Shown: positions 14,341 to 29,018, counted from the first letter of the stretch. The stretch: DNA of 64,000 bases from Eledone cirrhosa (GCA_964016885.1 OZ024752.1:32922001-32986000); one strand, 5' to 3'. A program made the numbers and translations. The notes: generated from the sequence alone by a model not told the origin.

Positions 14341-14545
14341 AACAGTTATATGTATAAGAACGGGTGTATATATATATATAAATTCTCATATATATATATA
14401 CATATATAAATTCTCATATATATACATATAAACGTTCTTATATATATATAAATAAAAGTTCTTATATATATATATATACAAGAACCTTTTATTTATATAT
14501 ATATATAAGAAGTTTATATATATACGTATATATATATATATAAGA

Positions 14546-14606
<61 letters not shown>

Positions 14607-15029
14607 TATATATATATTATATATATATACAAACATTATGCACACATAGAACACCATATTAATGCGATGGACTTTATCTCGAAATAGTGTAATATATTCT
14701 TCACCGCTCTGCAACACTGATATGTCTACATATTTAAATAAGTTAGTACACATAACCATATTATTTTGATAGTTAATCATAAGATTTGTGTAACGTTCTA
14801 TTTAATGTCAGAGATAACTCTCTGCGTAGAGTAGCCTATTGTTGTTACTAACCTCCCTTTAATGTCGGCTGCTGGAATGTTTTGTGGTATTCGTACTTGC
14901 TCTCATCCTCTCAGCTCTGAATTCAATTTTCACTGACTGCAACTTTGTCTTTCATCCTTTCGAGGGCGATAAATATAGTACCAGTTTAATACGGGGTTGA
15001 TTCTTCCTCTGGTATATCTTTCATGTTCT

Positions 15030-15600
<571 letters not shown>

Positions 15601-15621
15601 CACTTGCTTTTATTATCGCCA

Positions 15622-15820
15622 CTGTACGGTAGATTGGTGGTATCGGTAGAGAGTCAGACACCATGCTTTCCAGCATAGAGTTATATCCCTTTACGGTCTG
15701 ACTTCAAATCCAGCGGAGGTTAACTTTACCTTTCGTTCTTACGGGGGGTCGATAAAATTTAAAGTACCAGTAATGCACTGGGATAATTGCTGGCCTTGTC
15801 CAAACAGTAGAAACAGTTAT
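15622..15820 (+). mobile_element. S1 SINE
   Basis: GATTGGTGGTATCGGTAGAG..TTCAAATCC..GGGGTCGATAAAA..AGTACCAG. Confidence 0.8.
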
Positions 15821-15949
15821 CGCCGCTGTTTATGATAATATTCTTTCTAGATTAACCGTAGTGCTAAATAACAACTAGTAGAAACCCATATATTATCATC
15901 AGCACTTTCATAATATGTTCTTCTTCTCCTTCTGCCCCCCCCCCCCATT

Positions 15950-16047
15950 TTTCTTGCTCAAGAACACAACACACAACTCAGTCCAGGAATCGAACTCACG
16001 ACATCGTGATCGTATGTCCAACACCCTTACCACTACGCCATACGTCT
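15950..16047 (-). mobile_element. Second tRNA-derived SINE family (S2), head fragment
   Basis: Reverse complement TGGCGTAGTGGTAAGG (A box) .. GAGTTCGATTCC (B box) .. GTGTTCTTGAGCAAG. Confidence 0.7.
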
Positions 16048-16193
16048 TTACTTTGTTCATTATAAATGGTGTGTTAATCTCAGAGATTTTATGAGATGTC
16101 TAACGCTAAAACCAAAGATTACATGGCACAATCTTTAAGCTTAGAAGTTGTTGGGGTTTTTTTACATTATTTATTCTTACTTTTCCACTTGAT

Positions 16194-16316
16194 TTCTTCT
16201 TCTTCTTCTTCTTCTTCTTCTCTTCTTCTTCTTCTTCTTCTTCTTCTTCTTCGTCGTCGTCGTCGTCGTCTTCTTCTTCTTCTTCGTTGTCTTCTTCTTC
16301 TTCTTCTTCTTCTTCT

Positions 16317-16372
<56 letters not shown>

Positions 16373-16530
16373 TTCTTCTTCTTCTTCTTCTTCTTCGTCG
16401 TCGTCGTCGTCGTCGTCGTCGTCTTCTTCTTCTTCTTCTTCTTCTTCTTCTTCTTCTTCTTCTTCTTCTTCTTCTTCTTCTTCTTCTTCTTCTTCTTCTT
16501 CTTCTTCTTCTTCTTCTTCTTCTTCTCTTC
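16194..16530. repeat. (CTT)n/(CGT)n trinucleotide tract
   Basis: Direct inspection. Confidence 0.95.
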
Positions 16531-16964
16531 GTGGTTTAAATAATGTATTTGTTTCGCATCTGAACTAACAGTCAAGAATTTTTATCCGGATTTGAAAAAA
16601 AAAAACAATCTGAATTGGATCTTTATCAAATAAACCACAAAACAAAAAAAAACAACAACAGACAAACAAACAGAACAGATAGCTGCGAATACGTGTTAGA
16701 TGATAATACAAATTCATTTCAATTTGAAGATACAGAAGAATGTGTCATTCTTAATTTTATGCAACTAATTAATTAGAATTCATTGAATGACATTAGCTTA
16801 CTTCACACTTTTAAAAGCGAAATACTCGTTATTCAAATTAATAGTGTATCTTTATGAAATTTCGAAATTTATTGATCGTTACTTGCTGAGACGATCATGC
16901 ATTTAACAGGTAGATTAGTAACAACAATAGGCTGGAGTGTTTCAATTAGCGCTAGCACTATTTT

Positions 16965-17250
16965 GTGGCTTAGTGGTGAGGGTGTTGGACTTACAATCAT
17001 AGTGCCGTGGGTTCGATTCCTAGACTGGGTTGTGTGTTGGGTTCTTCAACAAAACACATCATTTCACGTTGCTCAAATTGAAAATAAAATACTCAGTTGA
17101 GAATAAGTACCAGTAGCAATAGCTGGGGGTTTAACCCTGCGATTGTCTGGTGTTCTGCCCAGAGTAAGTCTTGCACTCTCAGACACTTCATGCCACGGAA
17201 ACAGGTACAAGCCCCAGCCTGATTAGCCTTTAGACTTGAGACAGTCTTTA
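16965..17250 (+). mobile_element. S2-type tRNA-derived SINE
   Basis: TGGCTTAGTGGTGAGG A box, GGTTCGATTCC B box, then ATTTCACGTTGCTC as in the 29545-29870 copy. Confidence 0.65.
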
Positions 17251-17321
17251 AACAATTTTTAAAAGATTATAACAGCGTGATGCATAATTAATGATCGTTT
17301 GAATTCATTTAACATATATTT

Positions 17322-17702
17322 ACTGGTGCAGTCTACGACTGACCCAGGTTCTGCTGCACGTCGGGCTGAGGGGCCAAACTCCTCAAATACCGGTCGCTCT
17401 CCGACAGGTTTGCGGTCGTTCCCCTGGCAGTGGAAACTTCTGGTGTCCTCGGCCCCAGGGCTACCTCCTTACTCACCACCATAGGCGCTGAGCTGGCCAG
17501 CCGCAGGTGTGAGCCCCGCGAGTTGGAGTGGCTTTTCCAGCGCGTCTCCCTCGTCGTCCTCCGGGGAAACGCCTTCTCCATTCTGTCCGCCGGGGCTGTG
17601 GGTGGGCCCCATCGCTAACCAATACATTAGTTAAATACCATTCTTTCATCGTTGCAACTTATATCCACATTAATGACGTATTACGTTATTACTGTATTTA
17701 CG

Positions 17703-17704
<2 letters not shown>
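17322..17704 (+). pseudogene. 3' fragment of a CRE-like non-LTR retrotransposon (restriction-like endonuclease C-terminus)
   Basis: With one frameshift near 17372 it reads GSAARRAE-KLLKYRSLSDRFAVVPLAVETSGVLG..WLFQRVSLVVLRGNAFSI, matching the K..KY..P.A.ET.G..G..QR.S....RGNA pattern. GC-rich island ending at a TA tract. Confidence 0.7.
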
Positions 17705-17758
<54 letters not shown>

Positions 17759-17864
17759 AGATATATATGTGTGTATATATATATGTATATATACATGTAT
17801 GTGTATATATATGTGTGTGTATATATATATGTGTGTATATATATAATGTATATATATATATATG

Positions 17865-17905
<41 letters not shown>

Positions 17906-18014
17906 ATATATATATACGTGTGTATATATATATATATGTATATATTTATGTATATATATATATGTATGTGTATATATATATATGCGTGTATATATATATA
18001 TGTGTGTGTATGTA

Positions 18015-18061
<47 letters not shown>

Positions 18062-18066
<5 letters not shown>

Positions 18067-18621
18067 TTTCGTATCTCCAAAGAAATACGGTTTTAGGAAG
18101 CCGTAGCTATGCAAACACAGGGGGGGGGGGGGGCTAACGCCCTCTGGTGATGTCCAGCAGAAGCAAGGGGGGACAACCGTCCTTGCATTTCAGGCTTAAC
18201 TGGCCATCGTCAGGACGGTCCCTCCCACCGCTTGCCACTGCTGGACTAGAAGACAGGCGAGAATATATACTATTCTCGTCTGTGTAAATGAGGTGATTAA
18301 TCTCATTTGCATATGAAGCTGCATAAGTTGGCATATGCAAATGAGATTAATCACCTCATTTACACAGACGAGAATAGTATATATTCTCGCCTGTCTTCTA
18401 GTCCAGCAGTGGCAAGCGGTGGGAGGGACCGTCCTGACGATGGTCTATTAAGCCTGAAATGCATAGACGATTGTCCCCCTTGCTTTTGCTGGACATCACC
18501 AGAGGGCGTTAGCATAGTGTTTTCATAGCTACGGCTTCCTAAAACCGTATTTCTTTGGAGATACGAAATATTTATACAAATTGTATAAAGCTATGCTTGA
18601 AGCGAAATCCTATTTCTTGTG
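18062..18621. mobile_element. Palindromic non-coding element in (TA)n with HHR at 18430-18469 (+)
   Basis: Arms ~18062-18315 and 18331-18572 plus right tail. CGTC-CTGACGA-TGGT..GCCT-GAAA-TGCA-TA-GACG. Confidence 0.8.
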
Positions 18622-18640
18622 TATATATATATATATATAT

Positions 18641-19033
<393 letters not shown>

Positions 19034-19145
19034 AAATAGGATATATATGGTCACCCAGGAGGCCGGCAACTGCTGGATCTTGCCGCCTTCAGGTCTTAAA
19101 CATTTCTCTCTACTTTGTGTCTACCATTATTATATTCCTTTATTA

Positions 19146-19336
19146 GGGGCGGTGGATTGGCAGTATCAGTAGAGGGTCGGACGCCATGCTTTCCAGCATA
19201 GTTACGTCCCTTTACGGTCTGAGTTCAAATCCCGCCGAGGTTTACTTTGCCTTTCATCCTTACGGGGTCGATAAAATAAAGTACCAGTAATGCACTGGGT
19301 AATTGCTGGCCTTGTGCCTAAAGTAGAAACAATTAT
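19146..19336 (+). mobile_element. S1 SINE, full length
   Basis: Complete head to tail. ATTATTATATTCCTTTATTAG recurs on both flanks (TSD-like). Confidence 0.88.
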
Positions 19337-20129
19337 TATATTCCTTTATTAGATACATTTCGTAACACCTGATGATGCATGCATACAACTAATGAAGTAT
19401 ATGTTAAAATTGCAGATTATCAAATATTTATTAATCAGATGCTAAAATAATTAGAATTGTGCTTCTTGCTTGAAGAACTACTTGTTGGAACATTGAGAAA
19501 ATAGCCTTAAATTTGCTAACAATGAGTGACGATGAAAGAGAAGAAAGAGAGAAAAAGGAAAAGGTAGGGTGGAAGTGAATGAAACAAAGACAATGAAAGA
19601 AGAAGAGAATATATGAAATTAATGAATTAATGGCTAAAAAACACCCACACTAAACTCTATTTTATGATAGAGTGTTGGAGGTGAACGAAAGAAACGCATT
19701 ATTGTTACAGGAAACAAACGTTATGTCACTTAAGTTGAAGGTGTTAGGTTAATTTTAAGGCGCATGCGTCAATTTAACCAAAGATGGGCGTTGTTATTTA
19801 TAACAATAAGGTTTCGGTTTAAGAATAGAACATAATAATTTTTTCACATTTATCGTAGAAAGTGAGTTAAATATTAATCCCAGAACATTATTTACAATTC
19901 TATGTATTATTGTTAAGTTAAAGAAGGGGAGATGAAATCAAAATGGATTTATTTAGTATATTTCTTTTATTCTGTCTTAAATCTGAGTAATTTTGTAATT
20001 TTATTCTTTTAGAAAAAAGAAAAAGAAAGGAAATATTAAATAAATTACGTTTTCCAGAATATAAAGCAAATAAGAGCAGTTCCCTATATAAAAATATGCA
20101 AATCCATATATATATGGGTCTTACTGGTT

Positions 20130-20163
<34 letters not shown>

Positions 20164-20166
20164 ACT

Positions 20167-20260
<94 letters not shown>

Positions 20261-20262
<2 letters not shown>

Positions 20263-20520
20263 AAGGCGGGTAAAATTCCCGAGATCCATGGACGAGCTCT
20301 CTCCAACGGTCTCTGTCCCTCATTATCGCTGCCATATCCTGCATCTCCAACAGACCAGTGTCTGTCCTTAGGGCATCAACATATGTTAACCTTGGTATTC
20401 CTCTTCTAGTGTGTCCATGTAGGGGTTCCCAAAGGAGCACTGAGTGCAATGTCAACTCTGGATGTCGGTGAGCATGTCCAGCCAACCTCAGTCTTCTCTG
20501 TGTCACTTTTGAGCTGACTT
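20261..20520 (-). pseudogene. RTE-like LINE 3' end fragment
   Basis: [29 protein letters not shown]....MRDRDRWR is a typical RTE-group C-terminus. Abuts a TA tract. Confidence 0.8.
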
Positions 20521-20528
20521 TTATTATA

Positions 20529-20820
<292 letters not shown>

Positions 20821-20889
20821 ATATGTATATATATATATGTAAATTAACTCCATATATATATATATATATATGTAACTCCATATATATAC

Positions 20890-20941
<52 letters not shown>

Positions 20942-21090
20942 ATACTTTGGGAGGGTCATGTTGCCAATAAGAAACACACGCACCAGTTGCTTTCACTTTA
21001 ATTTATTATAATAAATTTATAATAAATTTATAAATTTATAAATTTCTGGTTGGTTGGTTGGTTCCGCAACCAGATAGTTGTTTATATATT

Positions 21091-21133
21091 GTCATAGTTC
21101 TTTCGTCACACACTCTGTGACCTCTTCAGTGAC
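21091..21133 (-). ncRNA. Minimal HHR with extra nucleotide after A9 (family B)
   Basis: GTCA-CTGAAGA-G-GTCACA..TGTGAC-GAAA-GAAC-TA-TGAC. Confidence 0.65.
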
Positions 21134-21334
21134 TGGGGATTCCTTTCTTTGTTTCTGTGCCTCTCCTTTGTTCTGTCCTACGCCATTTTGTTTCTGTGTG
21201 TGTGTTGTGTGCTCAGTCTGCGCATGCGCCACATCCGGGTGTCTGTGTGTGTTTATGTTCATTTATTTATTTGTTTATTTACATGTTACTGGTTGGTTGT
21301 TTGTTCTGTGTGTGTGTGTGTTTTCATTTTGTCC

Positions 21335-22981
21335 TTAATTGTAAGTTGTGATGTTGCTGTTCCACTCATATTTTCTATTTAATTTTGGTTGTAATTCTTT
21401 TATGTTTATTGCCTCTGTAATTTGTCTAAACATTGCGTCTTTTCTGTGTGTAGATTCTATTTTTATTTCTATGTTCTCTAATTTACCCTTGTGTTCTATT
21501 TTAGCATGTTGGTAGAGTACAGATGATTCTTTACTATCTTGAAGGTCTCGCCAGTGTTCATTTATCCGTTCCCCTACACTACGAGCTGTCTCACCTATGT
21601 ACACTATATTTTTGTCTCTACATTGTCCTTCGGTACATCTTATGCTATACACTACATTTCTAGTTTTACAGTTAATATGGGGGTTTATTTTACAGGTTAT
21701 ACATTTCTTATCTATACATGGGGGTCTTTGAAAAGGGTATGTCTTGCTAATGAGTGTTTTTACGGAGGTACCTGGTCTTTCTACTATCTTAATATTGAGT
21801 TTATGTTTATTTAGGGCCCTTCTAAATTTGTAAGCTAATTCACCTCTAGGGGTTGTATCGATGAACATTACACTCTGGTATTTATTGCTATCATACCATG
21901 AGTTTATTCTATTAGCCTTGTTCCTAGTTCTTTCTATTCTATTCCAAAATTTGCTCCTATACAAGGGGCAGGTCCCATTTGTGTCATTATTTCCCATTTT
22001 TTCCCATTTGGTTCTGGCTCCTCTATACACTCTGATTTTATCTATCTGATTGTAGCCAGAGAACTGCATACGGTGGATGAAGTGTTGTATGTGTCTCTCT
22101 AGTTCTTCGGGGTTGCACATGCGGGACACGTTTCTCATCACCCGTACCAAATCCGCAATCAGTATGTTGATTTTGGTATGGTCCGAAACGGCCGAGTTTC
22201 GGTGGATCAGATGTTTGGAAGTCATGGGTTTGGCATAATGGGAATGGAGGATTTGTTTTTTATTATTAATGGTATCTAACCAGAGCTCTGTGTCTAGTAC
22301 AGGTAATCGATGGTTGGGGTGTTTACTTGGGTAGTCTATAGTAACTCTAATGCTCTGGTGGATGGAGTTAGCTATTTGCTGGATGCTTTCCATTGTGTTT
22401 TTTTCTAGTTCCTGACTGTTCTCTAGTGGGGGTGTCTTAACTACGATGTTTATATCATCAACGTAGCGGGAGTACATTATCAGGGTTAAGGGGTCTTCTA
22501 ATTGTTCTTTAAGTTTAAGTTTAAGTCTACTGTCCCACCATACCATGAATAAGTTAACTATGTCGCCTGCAATGCTAACACCAATGGCTGCTCCTTTCTC
22601 TTGGGCATATGTTTTTCCATTAAATTTGAACATATGTTCCTTAAGGGTTAGTTTTATGCTGGCCCCTACCGCATGTGCAATCATTTTCTTCAGTTCATCG
22701 TGGTTTTCGGGTGTCCGTATGGCTCTGGTCCACCCGTTCCATCTATCTGTGTGGGTTTTCTTGGCCATTGAGGTAATGGTAGGTGGTCTGCCTCTTGCTG
22801 GTCTTGTAGGGCACAGGTTGCTAAGGTCATATGTGTCTAGGTAATTATTACTATAGGTAAGTTTAAGTAGGAGTCCCAGCTCACTGGTATCAATCCCACG
22901 GAACTCGACATTGCTCTCACTGATCATTTCTACGCATTTCTCCACAGCAAAATCCACGTCAATAGATGGATACAGGGACAC
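21335..22981 (-). pseudogene. PLE reverse transcriptase (partial) + GIY-YIG endonuclease, uninterrupted frame
   Basis: SLYPSI, FKFNGKTYAQEKGAAIG, YSRYVDD, LPVLD, CIDKKCITC linker, NVVYSIRC..VYIGETARS..RINEH..RQITEAINI..P.LN. The first ~41 aa of the listed 589-aa ORF come from the inverted terminus. Confidence 0.92.
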
Positions 22982-23110
22982 AATTATAATAAATTGAAGT
23001 GAAAGCAACTGGTGCGTGTGTTTCTTATTGGCAACATGACCCTCCCAAAGTATAACAATATCGGTTTCAACAAACGATTTCAGATAAAGAATCTTGCTTA
23101 ACAAATTCAG

Positions 23111-23162
<52 letters not shown>

Positions 23163-23239
23163 ATTTACATATATATATAAAATCAAAATGTTGGAAATTA
23201 AGTAATATTCTACAAATTACGTTATACAGAGAAATATAA

Positions 23240-23430
23240 TAAAAATTTGAAGGTGCACCTTTTCTTATATATGCATGCAAATTTACAGTGCACAACGAAA
23301 AGAAATTAGTGCATGCAAAACGGGTAGTGGGCTCCCATAGTAAAAGTCTGTAGCAGGTTTGTTGCCTCTCATGACACGACCTACAAGTTGAACACACCTC
23401 ACACAGATAATATGGCTGATGGGCGCTCAT
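23240..23430 (-). pseudogene. Degenerate RTE-like LINE 3' fragment
   Basis: CYRLLLWEPT motif resembling the 20261 and 37290 fragments. Confidence 0.4.
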
Positions 23431-23910
23431 TTCCTAATAATTCTTATGCATAGATTCATATACATATACAGACAGACAGACAAGGACAAGTTGGGAAGTA
23501 TCTTTGCAACTAATCGAAAGGCCTGAAACATTTGCTTGAGTGAGGTGGAGGGATTATTCTCCGAAGACCTTCTGCTATCCAGCTCTCCTAATAGTTTCTT
23601 ACCACCACTGGGGAAATATTTTTGCAACCAAAGTCCGGAAGTAACATAAAATTAATTGTAAAAAAGAGAAAATCAAAAAACGGCTTGATTCCAAACGGAA
23701 CTGGTAATTCTTTGATTAAAATTTAAATCAAATCCCACACGATATTTATCAGGTATTTAAGTGAGAGTACAGAATTTATTCTTTATTGCTCATGTGTTGG
23801 CTTACATTATGTCTTCAGTGCATTACTGGTACGTTATTTTATAAAGTACCAGTAATGCACTGGGTATTTGCTGGCTTTATGCCAAACGTAGAAACAATTA
23901 TGTCTTATAG

Positions 23911-24104
23911 TGGGCGGTGGATTGGCAGTATCAGTAGAGGGTCGGACGCCATGCTTTGACGCCGCATAGAGTTACGCCCCTTTCCATTCTGAGTTCAAAT
24001 CCCGCCGAGGTTAACTTTGCCATTCATCCTTACGGGGTCGATAAAATGAAGTACCAGTAATGTACTGGGTAATTTCTGGCCTTGTGCCTAAAATAGAAAC
24101 AATT
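23911..24104 (+). mobile_element. S1 SINE, full length
   Basis: Complete A box/B box/core/tail. Confidence 0.88.
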
Positions 24105-24143
24105 ACGTATGCCTTATAGTCTAGAAAACTTAAAGGAGAGTAC

Positions 24144-24305
24144 AAATGAAACAGTTCTAGTCCTGTAGAAATGACTTCTACATATATTATAAAGACGCCT
24201 ATACTCTACGCATTGAGTACCTTTTTAAGCTGTGGTTACCCACCCAAAACAACCCAGTACCCTATATATATATATAGGTTACTGGGTTGTTTTGGGTGGG
24301 TATCC
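24144..24305 (+). mobile_element. Family F terminus and tail, with inverted tail end across a short TA tract
   Basis: AATGAAACAGTTCTAGTCCTGTAGAA as at 43541 and 57231. CCCACCCAAAACAACCCAGTA is mirrored across (TA)7. Confidence 0.55.
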
Positions 24306-24415
24306 TTCTTTAATATATAATCCAGTTCTACCCAACTGTTGATTGCTATTTATCTGATATATGCTTAGTTTTATTGTTCTACAATATTACTCACCCTCTA
24401 CACACACACACACAC

Positions 24416-24487
<72 letters not shown>

Positions 24488-25020
24488 TTCCTCTTCATAT
24501 TATCTTTATAAATAATGTAGATTATTTTGCAAAATTTCTGACATTCATCGCCGTACAATAGATCATTACTTCAATTTTATTTACAAAGATTTCACTGGAT
24601 TATGACAGTTCCCTGTGTTTACTGATACTTCGTATATACTGGAAGTGTGTTTTATATTCATTTGAATGGTGATTTAAGATGACGTTTTAGTCTCATTCTA
24701 TAATGCTTGTAATATGTTTATGCGTTCGTAGGTTTCTTCATATATATAATTGCATGGCATATAATAATGAGTTAAGTCAAACTTCATCTGGAAATTATTC
24801 TCCTTGTATATCTAAATGGCGTCTTTTCATAGCAAGGACCTACATTAAACTGTTAAGTGGAAAAAACTTCGATTTTAAAAGATCCTTATATCTCTGACCA
24901 AAAGAAGGGATGACGCTATTGAGTAAAATATCATGTTGTAATGGAAAAAGCTTTTCTAAGCGTTGTAAAACTCTAATGTCAATATTACAGTTCTTCTTTA
25001 TATGAGCAGAATACTGCATA

Positions 25021-28000
25021 GCGTCAGAAATATAGAGAGCTTGTGTATATGTGAGTGTTAGAAATATAGAGAGCTTGTATATATGTGAGAGTCAGAAATA
25101 TAGAGAGCTTGTGTATATGTGAGTGTTAGAAATATAGAGAGCTTGTGTATATGTGAGTGTTAGAAATATAGAGAGATTGTGTATATGTGAGTGTTAGAAA
25201 TATAGAGAGCTTGTATATATGTGAGAGTTAGAAATATAGAGAGCTTGTATATATGTGAGAGTCTGAAATATAGAGAGCTTGTATATATGTGAGTGTTAGA
25301 AATATAGAGAGCTTGTATATATGTGAGTGTTAGAAATATAGAGAGCTTGTGTATATGTGAGTGTTAGAAATATAGAGAGCTTGTATATATGTGAGTGTTA
25401 GAAATATATGAGAGCTTGTGTATATGTGAGAGTCTGAAATATAGAGAGCTTGTATATATATATGTGAGAGTTAGAAATATAGAGAGCTTGTATATATGTG
25501 AGTGTTAGAAATATAGAGAGCTTGTATATATGTGAGTGTTAGAAATATAGAGAGCTTGTATATATGTGAGAGTTAGAAATATATGAGAGCTTGTATATAT
25601 GTGAGAGTCAGAAATATAGAGAGCTTGTATATATGTGAGAGTTAGAAATATATGAGAGCTTGTATATATGTGAGAGTTAGAAATATGGAGAACTTGTATA
25701 TATGTGAGAGTTAGAAATATAGAGAGCTTGTATATATGTGAGAGTTAGAAATATAGAGAGCTTGTATATATGTGAGAGTCTGAAATATAGAGAGCTTGTA
25801 TATATGTGAGTGTTAGAAATATAGAGAGATTGTGTATATGTGAGTGTTAGAAATATAGAGAGCTTGTATATATGTGAGAGTTAGAAATATAGAGAGCTTG
25901 TATATATGTGAGAGTCTGAAATATAGAGAGCTTGTATATATGTGAGTGTTAGAAATATAGAGAGCTTGTATATATGTGAGTGTTAGAAATATAGAGAGCT
26001 TGTATATATGTGAGAGTTAGAAATATAGAGAGCTTGTATATATGTGAGAGTCTGAAATATAGAGAGCTTGTATATATGTGAGTGTTAGAAATATAGAGAG
26101 CTTGTATATATGTGAGTGTTAGAAATATAGAGAGCTTGTATATATGTGAGAGTTAGAAATATAGAGAGCTTGTATATATGTGAGAGTCTGAAATATAGAG
26201 AGCTTGTATATATGTGAGTCTTAGAAATATAGAGAGCTTGTATATATGTGAGTGTTAGAAATATAGAGAGCTTGTGTATATGTGAGTGTTAGAAATATAG
26301 AGAGCTTGTATATATGTGAGTGTTAGAAATATATGAGAGCTTGTGTATATGTGAGAGTCTGAAATATAGAGAGCTTGTATATATATATGTGAGAGTTAGA
26401 AATATAGAGAGCTTGTATATATGTGAGTGTTAGAAATATAGAGAGCTTGTATATATGTGAGTGTTAGAAATATAGAGAGCTTGTATATATGTGAGAGTTA
26501 GAAATATATGAGAGCTTGTATATATGTGAGAGTCAGAAATATAGAGAGCTTGTATATATGTGAGAGTTAGAAATATATGAGAGCTTGTATATATGTGAGA
26601 GTTAGAAATATGGAGAACTTGTATATATGTGAGAGTTAGAAATATAGAGAGCTTGTATATATGTGAGAGTTAGAAATATAGAGAGCTTGTATATATGTGA
26701 GAGTCTGAAATATAGAGAGCTTGTATATATGTGAGTGTTGGAAATATAGAGAGCTTGTATATATGTGAGAGTTAGAAATATAGAGAGCTTGTATATATGT
26801 GAGAGTTAGAAATATAGAGAGCTTGTATATATGTGAGTGTTAGAAATATAGAGAGCTTGTATATATGTGAGTGTTAGAAATATATGAGAGCTTGTATATA
26901 TGTGAGAGTTAGAAATATAGAGAGCTTGTATATAGGTGAGAGTTAGAAATATAGAGAGCTTGTATATATGAGTGTTAGAAATATAGAGAACTTGTATATA
27001 TGTGAGTGTTAGAAATATAGAGAGCTTGTATAAATGTGAGAGTTAGAAATATAGAGAGCTTGTATATATCCGAGAGTTAGAAATATAGAGAGCTTGTATA
27101 TATGTGAGTGTTGGAAATATAGAGAGCTTGTATATATGTGAGAGTTAGAAATATAGAGAGCTTGTATATATGTGAGAGTTAGAAATATAGAGAGCTTGTA
27201 TATATGTGAGTGTTGGAAATATAGAGAGCTTGTATACATGTGAGAGTTAGAAATATAGAGAGCTTGTATATATGTGAGAGTTAGAAATATAGAGAGCTTG
27301 TATATATGTGAGTGTTAGAAATATAGAGAGCTTGTATATATGTGAGAGTCAGAAATATAGAGAGCTTGTATATATGTGAGAGTTAGAAATATATGAGAGC
27401 TTGTATATATGTGAGTGTTAGAAATACAGAGAGCTTGTATATATGTGAGTGTTAGAAATATAGAGAGCTTGTATATATGTGAGAGTCAGAAATATAGAGA
27501 GCTTGTATATATGTGAGAATCAGAAATATAGAGAGCTTGTATATATGTGAGAGTTAGAAATATATGAGAGCTTGTATATATGTGAGAGTTAGAAATATAG
27601 GGAGCTTGTATATATGTGAGTGTTAGAAATATAGAGAGCTTGTATATATGTGAGAGTTAGAAATATATGAGAGATTGTATATATGTGAGAGTTAGAAATA
27701 TAGGGAGCTTGTATATATGTGAGTGTTAGAAATATAGAGAGCTTGTATATATGTGAGAGTCAGAAATATAGAGAGCTTGTATATATGTGAGAGTTAGAAA
27801 TATATGAGAGCTTGTATATATGTGAGAGTTAGAAATATAGGGAGCTTGTATATATGTGAGAGTTAGAAATATAGAGAGCTTGTATATATGTGAGTGTTAG
27901 AAATATAGAGAGCTTGTATATATGTGAGAGTTAGAAATATATGAGAGCTTGTATATATGTGAGAGTTAGAAATATAGGGAGCTTGTATATATGTGAGAGT

Positions 28001-28618
28001 TAGAAATATAGAGAGCTTGTATATATGTGAGTGTTAGAAATATAGGGAGCTTGTATATATGTGAGAGTTAGAAATATAGAGAGCTTGTATATATGTGAGA
28101 GTCAGAAATATAGAGAGCTTGTATATATGTGAGAGTTAGAAATATATGAGAGCTTGTATATATGTGAGAGTTAGAAATATAGGGAGCTTGTATATATGTG
28201 AGAGTTAGAAATATAGAGAGCTTGTATATATGTGAGTGTTAGAAATATAGAGAGCTTGTATATATGTGAGAGTTAGAAATATATGAGAGCTTGTATATAT
28301 GTGAGAGTTAGAAATATAGGGAGCTTGTATATATGTGAGAGTCAGAAATATAGAGAGCTTGTATATATGTGAGAGTTAGAAATATAGAGAGCTTGTATAT
28401 ATGTGAGAGTTAGAAATATAGGGAGCTTGTATATATGTGAGAGTTAGAAATATAGAGAGCTTGTATATATGTGAGAGTTAGAAATATAGAGAGCTTGTAT
28501 ATATGTGAGAGTTAGAAATATAGGGAGCTTGTATATATGTGAGAGTTAGAAATATAGAGAGCTTGTATATATGTGAGAGTTAGAAATATAGAGAGCTTGT
28601 ATATATGTGAGAGTCTGA
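25021..28618. repeat. 34-bp satellite array, roughly 105 copies
   Basis: Unit AGAAATATAGAGAGCTTGTATATATGTGAGAGTT. Confidence 0.97.
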
Positions 28619-28631
28619 CAAGAGAAAATAT

Positions 28632-28833
28632 GCTACTACTACTACTACTACTACTAGTACTACTACTACTACTAGTACTACTACTGCTACTTCTGCTACT
28701 ACTACTACTACTACTACTACTACTAGTACTACTACTACTGCTACTACTACTGCTACTACTACTACTACTACTAGTACTACTACTACTACTACTACTGCTA
28801 CTACTGCTACTACTACTACTACTACTACTACTG

Positions 28834-28871
<38 letters not shown>

Positions 28872-28875
28872 GCTG

Positions 28876-28924
<49 letters not shown>

Positions 28925-28974
28925 CACCACTACTACTACTACTACAACTACTACTGCTGTTGCTGCTGCTGCTG

Positions 28975-29018
<44 letters not shown>

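Larger units (their letters stand above)
20938..23113 (-). mobile_element. Penelope-like retroelement, family B, 5'-truncated with short inverted tailed terminus
   Basis: Terminus 20938-21012 is inverted at 22982-23058, plus tail to 23113. TA tracts on both sides. HHR at 21091-21133. Confidence 0.92.

Noticed and set aside
19146-19240. A/B-box sequences as tRNA genes
   Set aside because: No cloverleaf. They continue into SINE body and tail and are multicopy.
23427-23627. 66-aa non-repetitive ORF as a possible host exon
   Set aside because: No recognisable domain or clear splice signals.
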